From the NCBI RefSeq assembly GCF_027921745.1, contig NC_079238.1:4092001-4156000 (forward strand): 64,000 nucleotides of DNA, read 5' to 3'. The notes below the pieces were generated by a model, which worked only from the letters and a program-made list of their open reading frames with translations, was not told the DNA's origin and did no database searches. Origin of the DNA: Schizosaccharomyces osmophilus. Its lineage: Eukaryota. Shown here one piece after another: positions 62,951-64,000 of the stretch; within the stretch, counting starts at the first letter, position 1, and every line of letters starts with the position of its first letter. A program made the position numbers and the translations under genes.

Positions 62951-63253
62951 AATCGTTATTGCTTTACTTGCTCTTACTGTAAATGAATCCCTCTACGACG
63001 AAGTAATTACCACCTCGAACAGCTGTTGTGGTAGTATTTAAAGTACTGCAACCCGTTTCGTGCAAATCATACTTAACGCACTTGAACGATCGACTTGAAT
63101 GTTTCCAGATACAGTTACAAGGAATTAAAAAAAAAAAAAAAGTCGTGGAATTAGACTTTGTTTGGTCAAAAAATAACCAAATAAAAAACTGAATGGAAGT
63201 AAAGGAAACCAAATTTAAAGCTTTTGGCCTTTGCAAAAAGGAAAGCAAAAATA

Positions 63254-63352
63254 GGGCCTAACCAGGATTCGAACCAGGGATCACCTCTAAACTCATGACT
63301 CACAAGTGGGTCTTACCCGAAAGAGGTATGTTAACCACTACACTATTAGGCC
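63254..63352 (-). tRNA. tRNA-Pro(CGG) with a 26-nt intron (63290-63315)
   Basis: Cloverleaf: acceptor GGCCTAA/TTAGGCC plus C73, D-stem GTGT/ACAT, anticodon stem CCTCT/AGAGG with loop TT-CGG-G[intron]T, GGTTCGAATCC B-box, downstream T5 terminator, upstream TATA. Confidence 0.88.
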
Positions 63353-63805
63353 AGTGGTTGAAGTCATAAAATTTTAAACAAATATATACAGGTTGTCTTA
63401 GGGTCAATTTTTCAGAAATTGAAGGTTGAAATTCACCTATTTCGTCGAGTCGGTCTGTTTTCGTTTTACTTGATAAATTCGGAATAAATTCAAGCAAATT
63501 TTCAGAGATCAAAGATGACTATGTATTGGAATGACATACTTGTTTAATAGTTGACAGCATAGAGCCGGTGATCATGTTGAAGAAATACCGAACCAACAAA
63601 GTAGGGACAGAAATGGGATGGGACTTCCTACAAGTTTAATTTTATCCCTCTTTTCATGTGTCTGGAATGCAGTTCATGATTGACTATATGCCATCCAGCG
63701 TTTCTGCATGAAGAATTTCTCAAAATGCTTCACACATTGTGACCTCTTCTAAAATAGCATTTTTTTCATTATATATTTTAATATATATATTACTTGTCAA
63801 CAGTT

Positions 63806-63889
63806 CTCTCGATGGTGTAGTTGGTTATCACATCCGGCTGTAATGTTCAAGATACCGGTTGGTCGCTAGTTCGAATCTGGCTCGAGAGA
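63806..63889 (+). tRNA. tRNA-Tyr(GTA) with a 10-nt intron (63844-63853)
   Basis: Acceptor CTCTCGA/TCGAGAG plus A73 (C1-G72 Tyr identity), CCGG/CCGG anticodon stem with CT-GTA-A, GTTCGAATC B-box, T5 terminator, upstream TATATA. Confidence 0.93.
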
Positions 63890-64000
63890 TATTTTTGTTT
63901 TTTGTTTAGATGCAATTGAGATTCAGCTAGCAACTTTTGCCATGCTCTTTTTTTTTTTTTATTATTATTAAAAAACGTAAATGTTTTTCCCATGCATCTC

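Overview
Gene-dense, AT-rich eukaryotic DNA with short GT-AG spliceosomal introns (GTAAGT/GTATGT donors, CTRAY branch sites). The proteins and their order match my recollection of a Schizosaccharomyces pombe chromosome I segment (cut6-mug69-ggt2 ... cct5-rpn5-cox11-yip1-pex12-csn2-rpl37-sos7-sen2-eos1-ost3-rpl18 ... rcf2-ste4-spg1-knd1-cdc48-rst2-fsv1), but the sequences are diverged. This points to a sister fission yeast (octosporus/cryophilus/osmophilus group; I cannot tell which). I support about 31 protein-coding genes, many with hand-derived exon structures missed by the ORF track, plus two intron-containing tRNAs (Pro-CGG, Tyr-GTA) and several promoter motifs. I saw no transposon, rDNA or CRISPR. 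The strongest leads are: (1) an in-frame, stop-bounded, Arg-rich 13-codon extension starting at an AUU codon just upstream of the acetyl-CoA carboxylase AUG, resembling a non-AUG-initiated mitochondrial presequence; (2) the Rsm22-Cox11 tandem polyprotein with a duplicated internal KRYYS processing-like motif; (3) an Mrm2/FtsJ paralog that appears to have lost two of four catalytic residues; (4) an orphan Ser-rich CaaX protein with Ste11 TR-box and MADS-like sites next to ste4; (5) an rst2 5' end with no in-frame AUG for 63 codons. All homology calls come from recognition, not from a database search.
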